Source: a virus. From it: a stretch of 64,000 nucleotides of DNA. Each line of letters opens with the position of its first letter. The stretch's first letter is position 1. Below, in pieces: positions 40,001 to 48,160 of the stretch. The translations under genes and the position numbers were made by a program. The stretch spans positions 55,817 to 119,816 of the IMG/VR virus record IMGVR_UViG_3300017782_000002. One strand, written 5' to 3'. Below the pieces are notes generated by a model. It saw nothing but the letters and a program-made list of their open reading frames with translations, was not told the origin of the DNA and did not search any database.

Positions 40001-42762
40001 CACAACCAAAAGAAGGAAGACATATTGGTTTATATTTTGAGCCTGCTGTTACTACACCTTTGTCTGACACAGAAAAACAAGGTGGTTTAGAATGGTTAAG
40101 AGAAACAATAGGAGATGTTCTTAAAGTCACTGGAGAAAATCAGCTAGATGTTGATAGTTTACTGGGACAAATAGAAGCATGGACTAATAATAAAGAAGGT
40201 GCAAGATCTATTGGTAATGTAGTACTACCTAACATGATTATAAGTTTACTAACAGAATATGGAGTAACACTTAGAAATAAAAAAGGAATTTTAAAGCCTA
40301 AAATGAATGGTGTAACTTATAACAGTTTTGCACACCATTATGAAATCAATCATGAAACAGGTGAGTCTGATCCACTATTACCAAGAAAACAATTTATCAT
40401 CTCTGCTCTTATTACAGCAATGACAGATAATGCTAAATTAAGATTAGCAGCTAAGCTAGGTCTAAAAAAACAAGCTCTTGCTAATGTAACTACTATGTTG
40501 GGTATGGGTGTAGATTTAAAAACAATTTTATTGACACTTCAGTTTCCTACTATAAAAGAAGCTTTATTTAATGGAGAAAATAAAGACGATATTTATGACC
40601 CTGGATACAAAACACTTCTATTTAAAAGGCTAGTTAACATTGAAGAAGTATTACAACAAGATTTACAAAAAACTAAAAAAGAAAATCATACAAAAGTACA
40701 AGTTAATCAAGACAACTTGATTGAAGGTATACGTACTATTAAATTTGATAGGTCAGAAGATTTTGTAACATTTGGTTTAGGTGAAGTATCTATAGAAAGT
40801 TTACTTTTAGAAAAAGCAGTAATAACAGAATATTTAAAATTTGTTGCAATTACTGATACAGCACAACACATGAGCTCTTTAATAAATTTACAAAACGGTT
40901 TAGGTAAAGATTTAGTACAATTTGATAAAACTCAAGAAGCTGCAGAAGAATTAGGGCTGCTTGCATCTAACAAAGAATTTACAGATAGCATTATACCTTT
41001 TGATGTACGTGATATATTCTTAAAGAAAGGTAGCATGCATAATACTTATTACACTGTTTATAGAGAACTGTATGATAAATTGTTACCTCAAGTAATGTTA
41101 AAAAGAACACCTAAATTCTTAAGCATTAAGGATAAAGTTTTAGCTAATATGAGAAAAGGTGATGATAAGTTTAAGAAAAAAGTTAGCGGTGATCTTGTAA
41201 ACTACTTAACGCTTAAAGCATACATGTTGTCTTTAAGTAAAAATAAGTATGCAGGAAACACAAGAGAATCATTATCTAACTCTTTTGTCTATGATGGATC
41301 TATTTATAAAAACATTGATGAAAATTCTTTAACTATAGAAAAAGTAATTAATAGAGTTAAAGATAGATTAGCTAATGAGAATAAAACAAACTACTTTATA
41401 AATAATTTTGTAAGGTTAATCCCGGCTATGCATGAAGATAACAAGTCTGGTATGATAAAATTACAATCTAATACATGGACACAGTTTTCAGATTCTGAAT
41501 TAATTAGAGTACAAAACAGTATACTAGAATTATTAAATTTAGATAATGGTGATGGAACTATGTATGATGATGTAAAAAACATTGTACACTATTTAGCTGT
41601 TATGGATGGTATGAGCTTTGGTTCAGGATCTTTTATTAATGTAATACCAACAGCATTAACTGCAGAAATATTAAACAGTGTAGATTCTGTGCAAGATTTG
41701 TTTATGCAAGAAAAAGAAAGAAAAGGTGCATATAAAAACATCTTTGGTGTAGAGTTAGCAGAAATGGTTGAAGAGTTTATAAAAGGTTATTCAACTAGTA
41801 AAGCTAATTTCTATAATCTAAATCCTGTATACAAAATAGACACAATAGAAAAAGAAAGCGCTATAGATAAAGCTTTAGGTATAGACAATGAAGCAGAGAG
41901 ATCAAAAAGAAATAAAAAAGTATTTGAAAATTCTCCTATTTTTATAGATGAAACTAACAAAACTTTAACTATAGATATATTTAGAGGTCTTCCTTTTGAA
42001 TTTAACCAAAGGGTTAAAAAAGTTAGATTCTTACCTAAAGGTAACAATGATGCAAACTGGTACAAAAGGAACAAACATATAGATCAACTAAAAAAATCAG
42101 GATTAAGCGTTACTTACGTTAAAGTTAAAGTTGGAGACACACAAACTTTAATTCCACAAATCATATTCCCTGCTGTAATAAGAAACGGTAAACAAATATA
42201 CATGTTAGATTCTGTACTAAGAGACACAGCTTACAAAACAGAAGAGGATTTAATGAGCATGATACCTTCTGGTCAAAATGTAGCTTACGGTAATGAAGCA
42301 AAATATGTTGAGGTTGACGTTAAAGGTTCTTCTAGCCAAACAGCAATAGCATTTATGTTTGGAGATAGACCAACATCACAAGACATTATTGATTTTGGAA
42401 ATGACAAAAGAAAATCTTTTGGTGAAGAAATAGAAGTTGATGAAGAGCAAGAACAAAGCGGAGATTCTTTAGGAGGCTTCTTTGGTTTTAATGCAGAGCA
42501 AGGAGATGTTAATAATGAAAGAGAAGAATTTGATGAAGAAGATGAAGCTAGATTTGAAAACACAGAAGATCCTACAGAACTATCTGATGAAGAAAAACTA
42601 ACTGATTGGTATAATACATTAACCGTAGAACAACAATCTAAGTTGGCAACTAATGATGATGTTAGTATTACGTCTGCTAAAGATGTTGTATCTTTGTTAA
42701 AGAGACCTAATAAACCTAATGCAGACAGCGTTATAGATCTGCTTAAAAAATGTTATATATAA
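28099..42762 (+). CDS. Giant virion RNA polymerase (two-barrel, fused beta/beta'-like) with a zincin-like domain, 4887 aa
   Basis: FGIRIPSQ (RIPSQ at 39355) then SGADFDIDKLY (DxDxD at 39472-39486); upstream KRAKMQNG, DGQIYIT and FLKMS segments; YHEAFH at 34402 and EEYLADEF. Confidence 0.9.
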   Translation: MAEENQNLNQPMPNDVMTGTPDVSIGTNNWEDIKDSLVTGSEPVDSYEIEGLENAVKLHNMVSKFPVIQSTVADEPTAESARDEILGGVVNQVMGNIARTGSPNEVQPVRFGLKSSNFDRYYNHPKFNELGFHPYADNELKYNETSSWWDENKRARGQFLNVFSTGFLSTYKSLGDLMAGNYLSGDQESAENFADAMRIGNSTQEGAGAFFNNLLVNSGYTFGIMANIAVEELALAGLELATFGGATPLVASRTAYNAVRGGKAIDKMFDVGDYSNKSRKMLNQMKSLDWTKDFWQRGGKWASNALTPNTYKALKNINSVQNGATLLSNSAKVAKTSGALYRDFRAVNLAMAESKLEAGMVTNDLIDELYLEFVNKHGRAPVGDELMKIVNKGDEASFVTTMLNAPVIYFSNAIVFDTMLRGFRGTGSLLAAAQKGIGSRVLKSSAKQMGKNGSKAFYDGGKTAYRRFINKGLSGNLKTFAGAALNYGQANIVEGFQELTQEGIAVGAKDYYRNLYKDPMAAGLDAIAASTYAGAKSQMSGQGFEVFMSGFLMGGLVRGPQKLVFEKGPEWYQKKTDPEGYAEYQKAKEDYIKETVDVLNEVYENPEEYFHPDKINALTQKEVNESLFSSTFAEDALSFMDKKDSGVFKHLYTVVAAGKMHEFKGQMKDYLQLDEKGLAEAFPHATSEEIKSGKTRERIETMLDRMDNIEKNYSELNDKIINPFNPKKHKKGTKEHFEEAIKAQAFNHAKMLAMFTRNSFERALERSNEIYTELSNNPVLAKMDANDISVLADTAQLIQEIRILKLDIKNTTTPIEGEGKITLSGEQKTLLEKKKKKLELLQNYFGTLSDPENIEKYEAPVGKAEESEQDAEFNRLSNIITGDAIKKVREDVLSTKVITDEVSERLVKYQAGTANPFGVFDINNQDKLEEVVMPYLNEIAGTTKDNFIKYDDVKDTIIKLIDHKALKGRAEDYNRIVKTILNPENLENVSEKIAIVFKELFLENKRDVKERMKAHVAQEEKISFLKNLAEYGIYPDAEQAETFLKGGEAPFEYLTEEGVLTPDSNLELSEKKDEILGHYLNLSGNKMQGDKKKEKKEEEKSEESDPYNFENTHFEESEDAEEISEGSLGKYLGNRYGDAYLVKKHKEYLISREGKKGKTLTDHAEWLADPVSLKARKVESGINKIHDNIFVEEKLVGTSDKTFYGWLATMQGDQRVLDILRSVDISMSDILEEVEDRSETKQKVAPSKVEYKVVEQTYTDKDTGERFKTFNVEDDKGNVVNKKPFNSKKEASSEKRTIEKNKKTKKAESAAFTFAGVEYKKGDILVDQNGDKYMVFSTPKMVEDNDNIYIKKLDKISSKLKKDKMFLDETSFKEMNLETVSEESLDYRNRASKIKPHEPLTIFPIYNRDIVNRDDQIEEGVTRLQNTLRNLTPEQSKKITFRVSPGPNWFRAETEEAKQNFKEAVDAVENELIKRHGQKWQVEIQLNGETIGFFQGPTTLKLVNRKGQNINPMEITESQVQDIFKVYKNQKIEDVTKQVRDNYVQAYGIYDKIDKLMEGVEGAEVFSQKDLSVNVNITDGAMSISEPGEGVSFKDLDHNSLAFVNKEDLIDPNEKPYYILDYNRQYKEDGSLPTSKVEFNVITNVKINTPSRQRLKEETRKYENKFSPRKRFGKYIALVNLPNGRSAYVNLIPSAMTEQQVTGLFTEMQNKSIDTTENNIENGEVKAVGYNRAYNKDLQTKVFIGATPGVYLEMKLSQDGSFRIDYSDLTIKKGAPLQKGTFLIKAKAFQELNDIQEVLDSLNKELFGSESPVEGKAHITFESFRNAVPKNPTIADIQNMSTQLNKEVKKDINFSLSSTDNIHVTKRKLAKSAPKEIAKDAESMTTEEKMESYRSDHQNIDPKILEDIAKKQNANKELTDLEQAIVAQNLDVLAGLRLKFATKPVSQSNTVSEATNQNAVSEIRDLTEKIKTRKRQIRTENRENPENAEKSNRDINNIAAALIAADPELQLLEAQLRLAKSKANKIIKGFDGHDIEDIETFTRWVQDNLPAEIRINVEDLTTKLKDGYITVGQFYMQMKDISKGIMGLEGVITVTKNSPFKYHEAFHSVFRLLLTDAEIKKYLGIAKKEVKAKLKTEGTTLDAALENMRKQHVMYAEMSKKALEERYYEEYLADEFEKFKMDPKSTKTDSENKSMFQKIIDFIVELLTEYRPRQLNSLFSDIDSGKYKNASIKENRFTDSYEGDVAFKLELYDPKFIERKSTDGESKLKQVKNYMPSDQLHEIVSGISNLYTGRLDKAEAPIDAKILLDETINDWIEMYNPERDFYHDRGVWYDDNVDELTLLYESLLDQIGDLRELVKRNISEFAGINIEDADYTEVNEKETGDYDKSADMFGGYSGLPKRLRHLISQTTLEEEDRYGNKYVNTETKEPLIVGVNPEYVYNGLLKVLANTPNDLKMFQKAWSFSQNNHHTKEVIKNLFREIGILEFAQSGEMFKEDAEIPSQVNNSALYLSFIKGFRKYRVDNIFAHTDTDTGVTHLYAANKKDDAHVTVQQWAADFNRQYPKLKLENSLEREEAKDALSELTSMLKLTSIPETYNLAVEVQAVAEILKNVAGMNIHQNYILYSIYDGLTTLTEDQQVLYDAYSFVDPMQVEEISYIRQSLVSGENLYLDNQTVYESEEADAKPEFAKGGVKGRLRKLALNNSQFDEAVGASTFIDSEGNRRYAHQDPTLHLEKIAEMEGAEYINDKLTEDVFFEKNMLLKDPKFQAMVAAGQVRALRIVGSKEGALRLTESGLSSERGRMVGDTGVSYGKSKPREFALDMIHAYLFNYNRQSPGKTQIGTDDKGLEFAIAPTNIRVIEASNTGDFVAVPVHKMLNKSKQGIEINDNALNMFINELKIEFDRARKFHIDEQEGVENLIDKKERLGKLHTTYTLLSKLVTENRNIKTELPGIGKDQRAAITDGKQNIYLSTVAKAVTSNLSQDQEGVVDIDGEMFVMKHKGKLNFNELSDEEQTNLIDNYRPSITAIKDTKGAKQYKVTIDGIDNYTYSSDTQRFFKGYKDMVIFEFERLEDSETVETKLVESEETGEIIADAVQKDLTAVQRVEQVAEFGIEGVEEKDLFDTVFAEIGGREIVKDRLMDEVNEFILTLKEIKAYQKVSKEIREGLGVYKTIRKGTDTAYDSSDNEYYMDLYNLRPGDPDFNLAQIYLNNYINTKSFNQLILGDQALSLKDFIDAVKRAKMQNGAGPSAATEIYDEDLGVMHKVDRMSAVVHEDFEYEQMFNEIYKSDKDRARAKGDLADGQIYITEKTLRYMLFGFGKLNKAQSQVLDDIKEGNIAKINEEFFGTGNKLSHKKLDMIANSLKIVYGDGKTFLKMSATLLSKNAYSVQDVDGNWVAREGREDLHNLRVKLEQFEEKEWAEGRGTLSMSVPKSASKMFNENIVPDKIDIINQTPIDPKYTMDLSAEYMRLQMINPSNKIEIVDARQIKNLITSEQSLDETVILNGQEVSVRDLVIKYHKLAGDKLMNEFFAQRNLTFTWSNAIRTLDKVKENNKFIPENSKIDGDLRAFVKYAIAGLEASQAKTQMLSYFEVDEFGNPKYNLNGPMTHDKFEELFLAYFSKGILAGKQPGISAALVSDFGVYTVKQVEKIDEFGTPIKWKVIRSNDWENLKRQNPNKYKAVKQRENLGEHVLKVGDFYLDRLRSNVQEYNDKGELTGLTYTEFMMPPHFKSQLDNNIAWNKPLPDSIAKMFGIRIPSQDKHSAVNLKMVDYLPVFMGSSAMYARELIELSGADFDIDKLYMQMKEFYYNGKDFVEYGKAKDDKSGYKEYVRWVLENATKSSAIRQALTRWNDSQKTTQPLGISAEQYLTLTPEEQLAARKEITKSSNKIVMDMLDAVMHSNVALDSVMINKMFDRAEGLPEALESIGLPVTLADYKAFKEANNREPYTAAINNELLDVKFALLGNKGITQPKEGRHIGLYFEPAVTTPLSDTEKQGGLEWLRETIGDVLKVTGENQLDVDSLLGQIEAWTNNKEGARSIGNVVLPNMIISLLTEYGVTLRNKKGILKPKMNGVTYNSFAHHYEINHETGESDPLLPRKQFIISALITAMTDNAKLRLAAKLGLKKQALANVTTMLGMGVDLKTILLTLQFPTIKEALFNGENKDDIYDPGYKTLLFKRLVNIEEVLQQDLQKTKKENHTKVQVNQDNLIEGIRTIKFDRSEDFVTFGLGEVSIESLLLEKAVITEYLKFVAITDTAQHMSSLINLQNGLGKDLVQFDKTQEAAEELGLLASNKEFTDSIIPFDVRDIFLKKGSMHNTYYTVYRELYDKLLPQVMLKRTPKFLSIKDKVLANMRKGDDKFKKKVSGDLVNYLTLKAYMLSLSKNKYAGNTRESLSNSFVYDGSIYKNIDENSLTIEKVINRVKDRLANENKTNYFINNFVRLIPAMHEDNKSGMIKLQSNTWTQFSDSELIRVQNSILELLNLDNGDGTMYDDVKNIVHYLAVMDGMSFGSGSFINVIPTALTAEILNSVDSVQDLFMQEKERKGAYKNIFGVELAEMVEEFIKGYSTSKANFYNLNPVYKIDTIEKESAIDKALGIDNEAERSKRNKKVFENSPIFIDETNKTLTIDIFRGLPFEFNQRVKKVRFLPKGNNDANWYKRNKHIDQLKKSGLSVTYVKVKVGDTQTLIPQIIFPAVIRNGKQIYMLDSVLRDTAYKTEEDLMSMIPSGQNVAYGNEAKYVEVDVKGSSSQTAIAFMFGDRPTSQDIIDFGNDKRKSFGEEIEVDEEQEQSGDSLGGFFGFNAEQGDVNNEREEFDEEDEARFENTEDPTELSDEEKLTDWYNTLTVEQQSKLATNDDVSITSAKDVVSLLKRPNKPNADSVIDLLKKCYI

Positions 42763-45700
42763 TGGCAAGATGTTTTAATCAAAATACAAAAGAGTACAAA
42801 GACTTATTAAAAGTACACGGAGACACTTTTACTGTTGATCTTCTTATTAATGATTGGCAGTCTATGACAGGTAGTGAGTCTATTCCTTCTACGTTAGATG
42901 TTGACAATATGTTAAACTCTAGTGATGTTATTATGTCTTTAAGAAGAGACTCATTAGAAAATTCTCTTTTAAGAAATCTTGCTAATAAAAACATTATTAG
43001 TAAATATAATAACAGATGGTATGTTAATGTTACAGTACCTGGTGTAGAAAAAGGATCACCAACTAATCTTAAAAATAATGTAGGAAGATTACAAAACTAT
43101 TTAAGAAATCAAAATTTAGCAAATGCTGTATCACTAAAAAGAACTGCTAATACTTATGAAGTAATAGTAAACAATGACATGTTTACTAAAAGAGATTTAA
43201 TTGCTGATAGAAGTAACCAAGACTCTACAAAAATAATAGAAGTTCTTAATCATCTTAACAATTTATTCCCACAAGTTAAAGTTAGATACATGACTCCTGG
43301 TGAAGCTAAGACTGCTTATGACTCATTACCTAAAGCATCTAAGAGAAAGGTACAGTTTAAAGATATAAAGAGTTTTTATTATAAAGGCAATGCTGTAATA
43401 ATAAAAGGTAGAGTAACAAAAGACACAGCTGTAGAAGAAGTACTGCATCCTTTTGTAGATGCTCTATATAAAAGTAATGGTAAACTTTTTAGCAACATGT
43501 TGTCAGAAGCAAAAAAGACTTTTCCTGAGCTAGCGCAGCAAATAGAATCAGCATACTCTGCTAAGAAAGGGTTTTCTGCAAAAGACAGAGGACAAGAGTT
43601 AGTGACACAAGCTTTATCAAGACATTTTAATAATGAATATGAAACCACTCCTTCAAAACCTTGGTACAAATCAATAAAAGATTTTCTAAAATGGTTTAGT
43701 GATATTATAAAAGATGTCTATAAAAATTACATGGGTGGTAAGTTAAAACTTAATGTAGGGTTTATAAGATCTGACATGACAATGAGTGAAATGGCTAAGA
43801 TGTTAAACACATCAGAGTTTGAATTTAGGCTAGACTTAAATGTCATGGGTGATAGGATGGTGCAATATTCTTTAAGCAAAGGTATGCAAAGTCTTGTAGA
43901 TACAGCTAGAATGCAATCTAACCCTACACAATCAAAAATCATTACTAGGATATTACATCAAGTAGAAGATATAGATGATGTGTTTGATAGTTTAGGTGCA
44001 AGCAGAGTTACCATGGACAGTAAGTCAGGTGAATTTGTTGATGTAGATTCTGGAGATATACTAGAAAGTTTAGAAAATAAAGTACACAGTAGCAACACTG
44101 ATTACTCATATATAGTAGAAGGTATAATGAATCAAGATGATACATTGATAGATCCTTCTAATAACATTAGAGCAATAGCTGCAAGAATAGACGGCATGAA
44201 AGAAGATGGTAGTGTAATATTACCAGGAGTTGTTCTTGCTGATCCAGCAAGCGGTATAGCAACTAAAGCTACTGCGTTAAGAATTAGACCAGATGGTTCT
44301 ATAACTGTTATTTCTATAATGAAAGAAAGTGATGCAAAAGGAAAACAGTCTACATACATAAATGCACAAAGACAAATTTTAGAAAACATAGGGTATGATG
44401 TAACTGATGAATCATTTACTATTTTTACAGACAATAAAGGAGCATACACATATACAAAGATGCACCGTGATTCACACAACGCTGAAGCTGTTGAAGAATT
44501 AGTTCCTAGTGATATAGATACAGAAAACAAAAGTATTGTAGATGAAATATTAGGTGTTAATAGAAAAGTAGAAGGTGATAACCCTACTGAAGACTCTATA
44601 GAAGGAGAGCCTGAATTTTTAGATTCTCCTACATATGATGCTCTTTTTGGTGTATTAAAACCATATAGAAAAGTATTATTAAAAAGAGAGCAAGGTATAA
44701 AAACTGCAAGAAATATAGTTTCTATGGATGGAGGTAGAAAAGAAATTATAGAGCAGGTACAAATGAGCAGGTTGATAGTTGAGCAGATGTACGAAAGACC
44801 TGAAGAAATAAAAAGAATATATGTAGATGTTATTAAGGATGCTTTAAGACAACTAGAAGAAATAAAAGAATACGCTACAAATCCTGAAAACTTTGACAAG
44901 CCTGAGTTTATATCTAAAATATTAAACTGGCAAAAATATATAGAAAACTTTAGAGGTTTGGTAAACTTAACTGAGTCAGTAGGTTTAAACAAATCAGAGT
45001 TAAAATATAAAGACAATTTACAAAAAGCTCTAAATGATATTATTGGTATAAGAAAAGCAGATAGTAGTATTGTTGAAAAAGGTATATTTGATATAGCAAT
45101 TAAAGATTACGTTAGAGAACTTATAAAAAATAACTCTAACAGGAATTTTACACCTTCACAATTAGACGAACTATTAACCACAGCTAGAGATATAAATGCT
45201 GTTGAATATCAAAGTGGTGATATGGCTACATCAAGAGATACTATTCTTGCTCTAATGGATAAGCTATACAAAAGGGACAGGCAAAAAGTTCTTGACAAGG
45301 TAGAAGCAAGAGCTCCAAGAATTAGAGCAGCAGCTTTAAAGTTAGCAAGACTAAATGCTAGCAATAAAATTGACTATAGCTTTATGTTAGAGTTTGATGA
45401 TGATGGTAATTTTACAGGTAGATATGTAACAAAAGTTGGCAAAAACTATACAGACAAACAAAGAGAAGTTAGATCAAAACTATATGATGAAAACGGGTTT
45501 AGAAAGTATATAACTATAGAGAACAAAGAAGAGGCAACAGATGAGCAATTAAATCATAACAAACAGTTAGCTAAAGACAAAGAAGAATACGGTAAGTTTA
45601 TGCGTGCTGAAATTAAAACAGAAACAGGCGTAGAAGATGGAGAGTATCATAAATATTCTGATGACTTTAAAGAGGCTAGATCAAAACATGAAGTTTACAT

Positions 45701-48155
45701 ATATAATGCTTTTAGTGAAATAGGTAGATGGGTAAAACGTAATGATATATCTGACCAGGAGTACAGAGTGTATTTACAAAAGTATTATGATATACTAGAT
45801 GACTATGAAACTGCTGTAAGAGAAGAAGGTGTTCCTACAGGTGCAACAACAATGAGAGAAGGTATACCTGTAATTAAAAAAGAGTTTGTTGAAGTTAGAG
45901 AAATTAGCAGTGAGGGTCTTGATCTAGTTAATGAAAAGTATAGAAAGCTTAACAACCCAACTACAGAATTACAACAAGCACAACTTGAATATTACAACAT
46001 GTTTATTGATGTTTATCAAGATGAGCTTATGGAAAAATTACCTGAGAATGTTAAAATGATAGGTAAAGTTCCAGTAATACAAGGAGAAGTAACTAATAAA
46101 TTAAAAGACAAAAGTAATTTATTAGGTAAAATGTGGGCAGGCATGAAGAAATTTGGTTCAGATCTTATACATCCTAGCACAAAAGTTAAAAAAGTATTTA
46201 CAGATGAAAACGGAGATATAATTCATAATTCTTTACCGTTATTTTTTACAGGTAGTATTGCAGACGAACAAACATATCAGGCTTTAGTTAATGAGCTAGA
46301 TACATTGAAAGATAAAATGAAAGATGCTGCTTCACAAAAGGAAGCAAATGTAATAAATAAAGAAATAAAAGCATTAAGAGGTAAGATAAAAGCAATAGAA
46401 AGAAAGCCTACACCAACAACATTAAGTATGGACATGACAGATTCTTTACTTAAGTTTAGTGCTATGGCTGAGAACTATGAAACAATGGCTCAAGCTGAAG
46501 ATACACATTTAGCTATGCTTAAGGTTTTAGAAAACAGAACATACACTAATTCTAGAGGAGATATAAAAACTCTTGATGAAAATAATGAAGCTAAAGATGC
46601 TGTAGATAATGTAGGACAAGAAGCTAAAATGGTGCAGAGAGCTAAGAAGTGGATGAAAATGGTGTTCTACAATAATGATCAGGATGTTAAAACATTCTGG
46701 GATAAACTTACTAAAGGTCTTATTAGTTATACATCTCTTGCATATGTAGGTACAAACGTTTTTGGTAATATAAACAACTATGCTTTTGGTAGAATATCTA
46801 ATACTATAGAAACGTATGGTCAACGGTTTTACAGCAGAAAAGGTATGGCTAAGTCTGTAATAGGATTTAATAAAAGAATGATACCAGACTTTATGTTACA
46901 TTTAGGAAAGGTTGCGCAAGAAAAAACAGATAAAAGTGTCCAATATAAAGACCAAATACCTTACAGTAAATATGCAGCAATGGTTGCCTTCTTTAGAATG
47001 ATGGACAGTAAAGCAGATCAACGTGAATCAGGAGATGTAGGAGATATGTGGAACAAGTACACAAGTTGGGCATACGCATTACAAGATGCTGGAGAATTTA
47101 ACGTACAAAGTAAGATTGGTATGGCAATACTACACTCTACTACTGCTGTAAATCCTGCTACAAATGCAACAATGAGTTTATATGATGCTCTAAGTTTTGA
47201 TAGAACTACTGGAGATGTAAAACTAAAAGACGGGTTTACAAAAATAAAAATGTACAACTCAGAAAAGTTAATGGATTGGAATGCGGATACTAAGTATGAC
47301 ATAAGAAACTATATAAGAGAGACAAATAAGATCATACATGGTAACTACGCATATGAAGACAGAATGGTAATGCAGTCACACTCTTTAGGACAACTAGCTG
47401 CACAATTCCATAAGTGGGTAGCACCGTCTATAAAGGCTAGATTTAGACCAGAGTACTTTGATGAGAACTTAGGATGGATGGAAGGTAGATACTTGACGTT
47501 TTGGAATTTTTTAGGTTACGCTTACAAGAATATAGGTAATGCAATGACAATGGGGGCAGACTATAAAGAATTCCATGGAGAGAAGGGAGAACAAAAACTA
47601 CAGAATGTACACAGGGTGATGGGAGAGATAGCTGTTATTATGAGTACATACTTAATAAAACAAATGTTGATGTCATTATGGGGGATGAGTCCTGATGATA
47701 GTGATGAAGGTAAGAGATTAAAGAAAATGAAACAAAGAAGAGAAGCTTTAAGAAAAATGCAAGGCTTAGAACCTGAAGTTTCTGACTTAACAAAAAGACT
47801 TAGGAATGTTTTAGTGTACCAAATGGACAGACTACATGATGAAACAGTTTTGTGGGTTCCTATTCCAGGAGCAGGTGGTCTACAACAGATGGGACACTTT
47901 ATCCAAAATCCTATTGCATCATCAAGAACTCTTGGTGAAATGGGTGAAGCTATAGAGATGACTGCACGTACAGGATTAACCTGGGGCTTTAGTAGTGAAG
48001 AAGATTTTTATTCAAACAAAGATGTTGTATACCAAAGAGGTATAAGCGCTGGTAAGATGAAACTAGGTAAAGAGTGGGGTGATGCTGCTCCTTTCCTATA
48101 TACCGCTAACAAGTGGAGGAACTTCATACAAATGAATGACTTCTACATAAAATAG
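42762..48155 (+). CDS. Large virion polyvalent/ejection protein with a degenerate zincin motif
   Basis: Start is more likely 42762 (TAATG overlap with the vRNAP stop) than 42750; AVEEVLHPFV and QELVTQA; long helical C-terminal region. Confidence 0.65.
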   Translation: MARCFNQNTKEYKDLLKVHGDTFTVDLLINDWQSMTGSESIPSTLDVDNMLNSSDVIMSLRRDSLENSLLRNLANKNIISKYNNRWYVNVTVPGVEKGSPTNLKNNVGRLQNYLRNQNLANAVSLKRTANTYEVIVNNDMFTKRDLIADRSNQDSTKIIEVLNHLNNLFPQVKVRYMTPGEAKTAYDSLPKASKRKVQFKDIKSFYYKGNAVIIKGRVTKDTAVEEVLHPFVDALYKSNGKLFSNMLSEAKKTFPELAQQIESAYSAKKGFSAKDRGQELVTQALSRHFNNEYETTPSKPWYKSIKDFLKWFSDIIKDVYKNYMGGKLKLNVGFIRSDMTMSEMAKMLNTSEFEFRLDLNVMGDRMVQYSLSKGMQSLVDTARMQSNPTQSKIITRILHQVEDIDDVFDSLGASRVTMDSKSGEFVDVDSGDILESLENKVHSSNTDYSYIVEGIMNQDDTLIDPSNNIRAIAARIDGMKEDGSVILPGVVLADPASGIATKATALRIRPDGSITVISIMKESDAKGKQSTYINAQRQILENIGYDVTDESFTIFTDNKGAYTYTKMHRDSHNAEAVEELVPSDIDTENKSIVDEILGVNRKVEGDNPTEDSIEGEPEFLDSPTYDALFGVLKPYRKVLLKREQGIKTARNIVSMDGGRKEIIEQVQMSRLIVEQMYERPEEIKRIYVDVIKDALRQLEEIKEYATNPENFDKPEFISKILNWQKYIENFRGLVNLTESVGLNKSELKYKDNLQKALNDIIGIRKADSSIVEKGIFDIAIKDYVRELIKNNSNRNFTPSQLDELLTTARDINAVEYQSGDMATSRDTILALMDKLYKRDRQKVLDKVEARAPRIRAAALKLARLNASNKIDYSFMLEFDDDGNFTGRYVTKVGKNYTDKQREVRSKLYDENGFRKYITIENKEEATDEQLNHNKQLAKDKEEYGKFMRAEIKTETGVEDGEYHKYSDDFKEARSKHEVYIYNAFSEIGRWVKRNDISDQEYRVYLQKYYDILDDYETAVREEGVPTGATTMREGIPVIKKEFVEVREISSEGLDLVNEKYRKLNNPTTELQQAQLEYYNMFIDVYQDELMEKLPENVKMIGKVPVIQGEVTNKLKDKSNLLGKMWAGMKKFGSDLIHPSTKVKKVFTDENGDIIHNSLPLFFTGSIADEQTYQALVNELDTLKDKMKDAASQKEANVINKEIKALRGKIKAIERKPTPTTLSMDMTDSLLKFSAMAENYETMAQAEDTHLAMLKVLENRTYTNSRGDIKTLDENNEAKDAVDNVGQEAKMVQRAKKWMKMVFYNNDQDVKTFWDKLTKGLISYTSLAYVGTNVFGNINNYAFGRISNTIETYGQRFYSRKGMAKSVIGFNKRMIPDFMLHLGKVAQEKTDKSVQYKDQIPYSKYAAMVAFFRMMDSKADQRESGDVGDMWNKYTSWAYALQDAGEFNVQSKIGMAILHSTTAVNPATNATMSLYDALSFDRTTGDVKLKDGFTKIKMYNSEKLMDWNADTKYDIRNYIRETNKIIHGNYAYEDRMVMQSHSLGQLAAQFHKWVAPSIKARFRPEYFDENLGWMEGRYLTFWNFLGYAYKNIGNAMTMGADYKEFHGEKGEQKLQNVHRVMGEIAVIMSTYLIKQMLMSLWGMSPDDSDEGKRLKKMKQRREALRKMQGLEPEVSDLTKRLRNVLVYQMDRLHDETVLWVPIPGAGGLQQMGHFIQNPIASSRTLGEMGEAIEMTARTGLTWGFSSEEDFYSNKDVVYQRGISAGKMKLGKEWGDAAPFLYTANKWRNFIQMNDFYIK

Positions 48156-48160
48156 ATATT

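Noticed and set aside
44132-45016. 294-aa antisense ORF, and other minus-strand ORFs inside the giant genes (e.g. 28917-29462, 37272-37631)
   Set aside because: They are shadow ORFs in register with the sense codons, Ser/Leu/Phe-rich, with no motifs; expected from codon bias.
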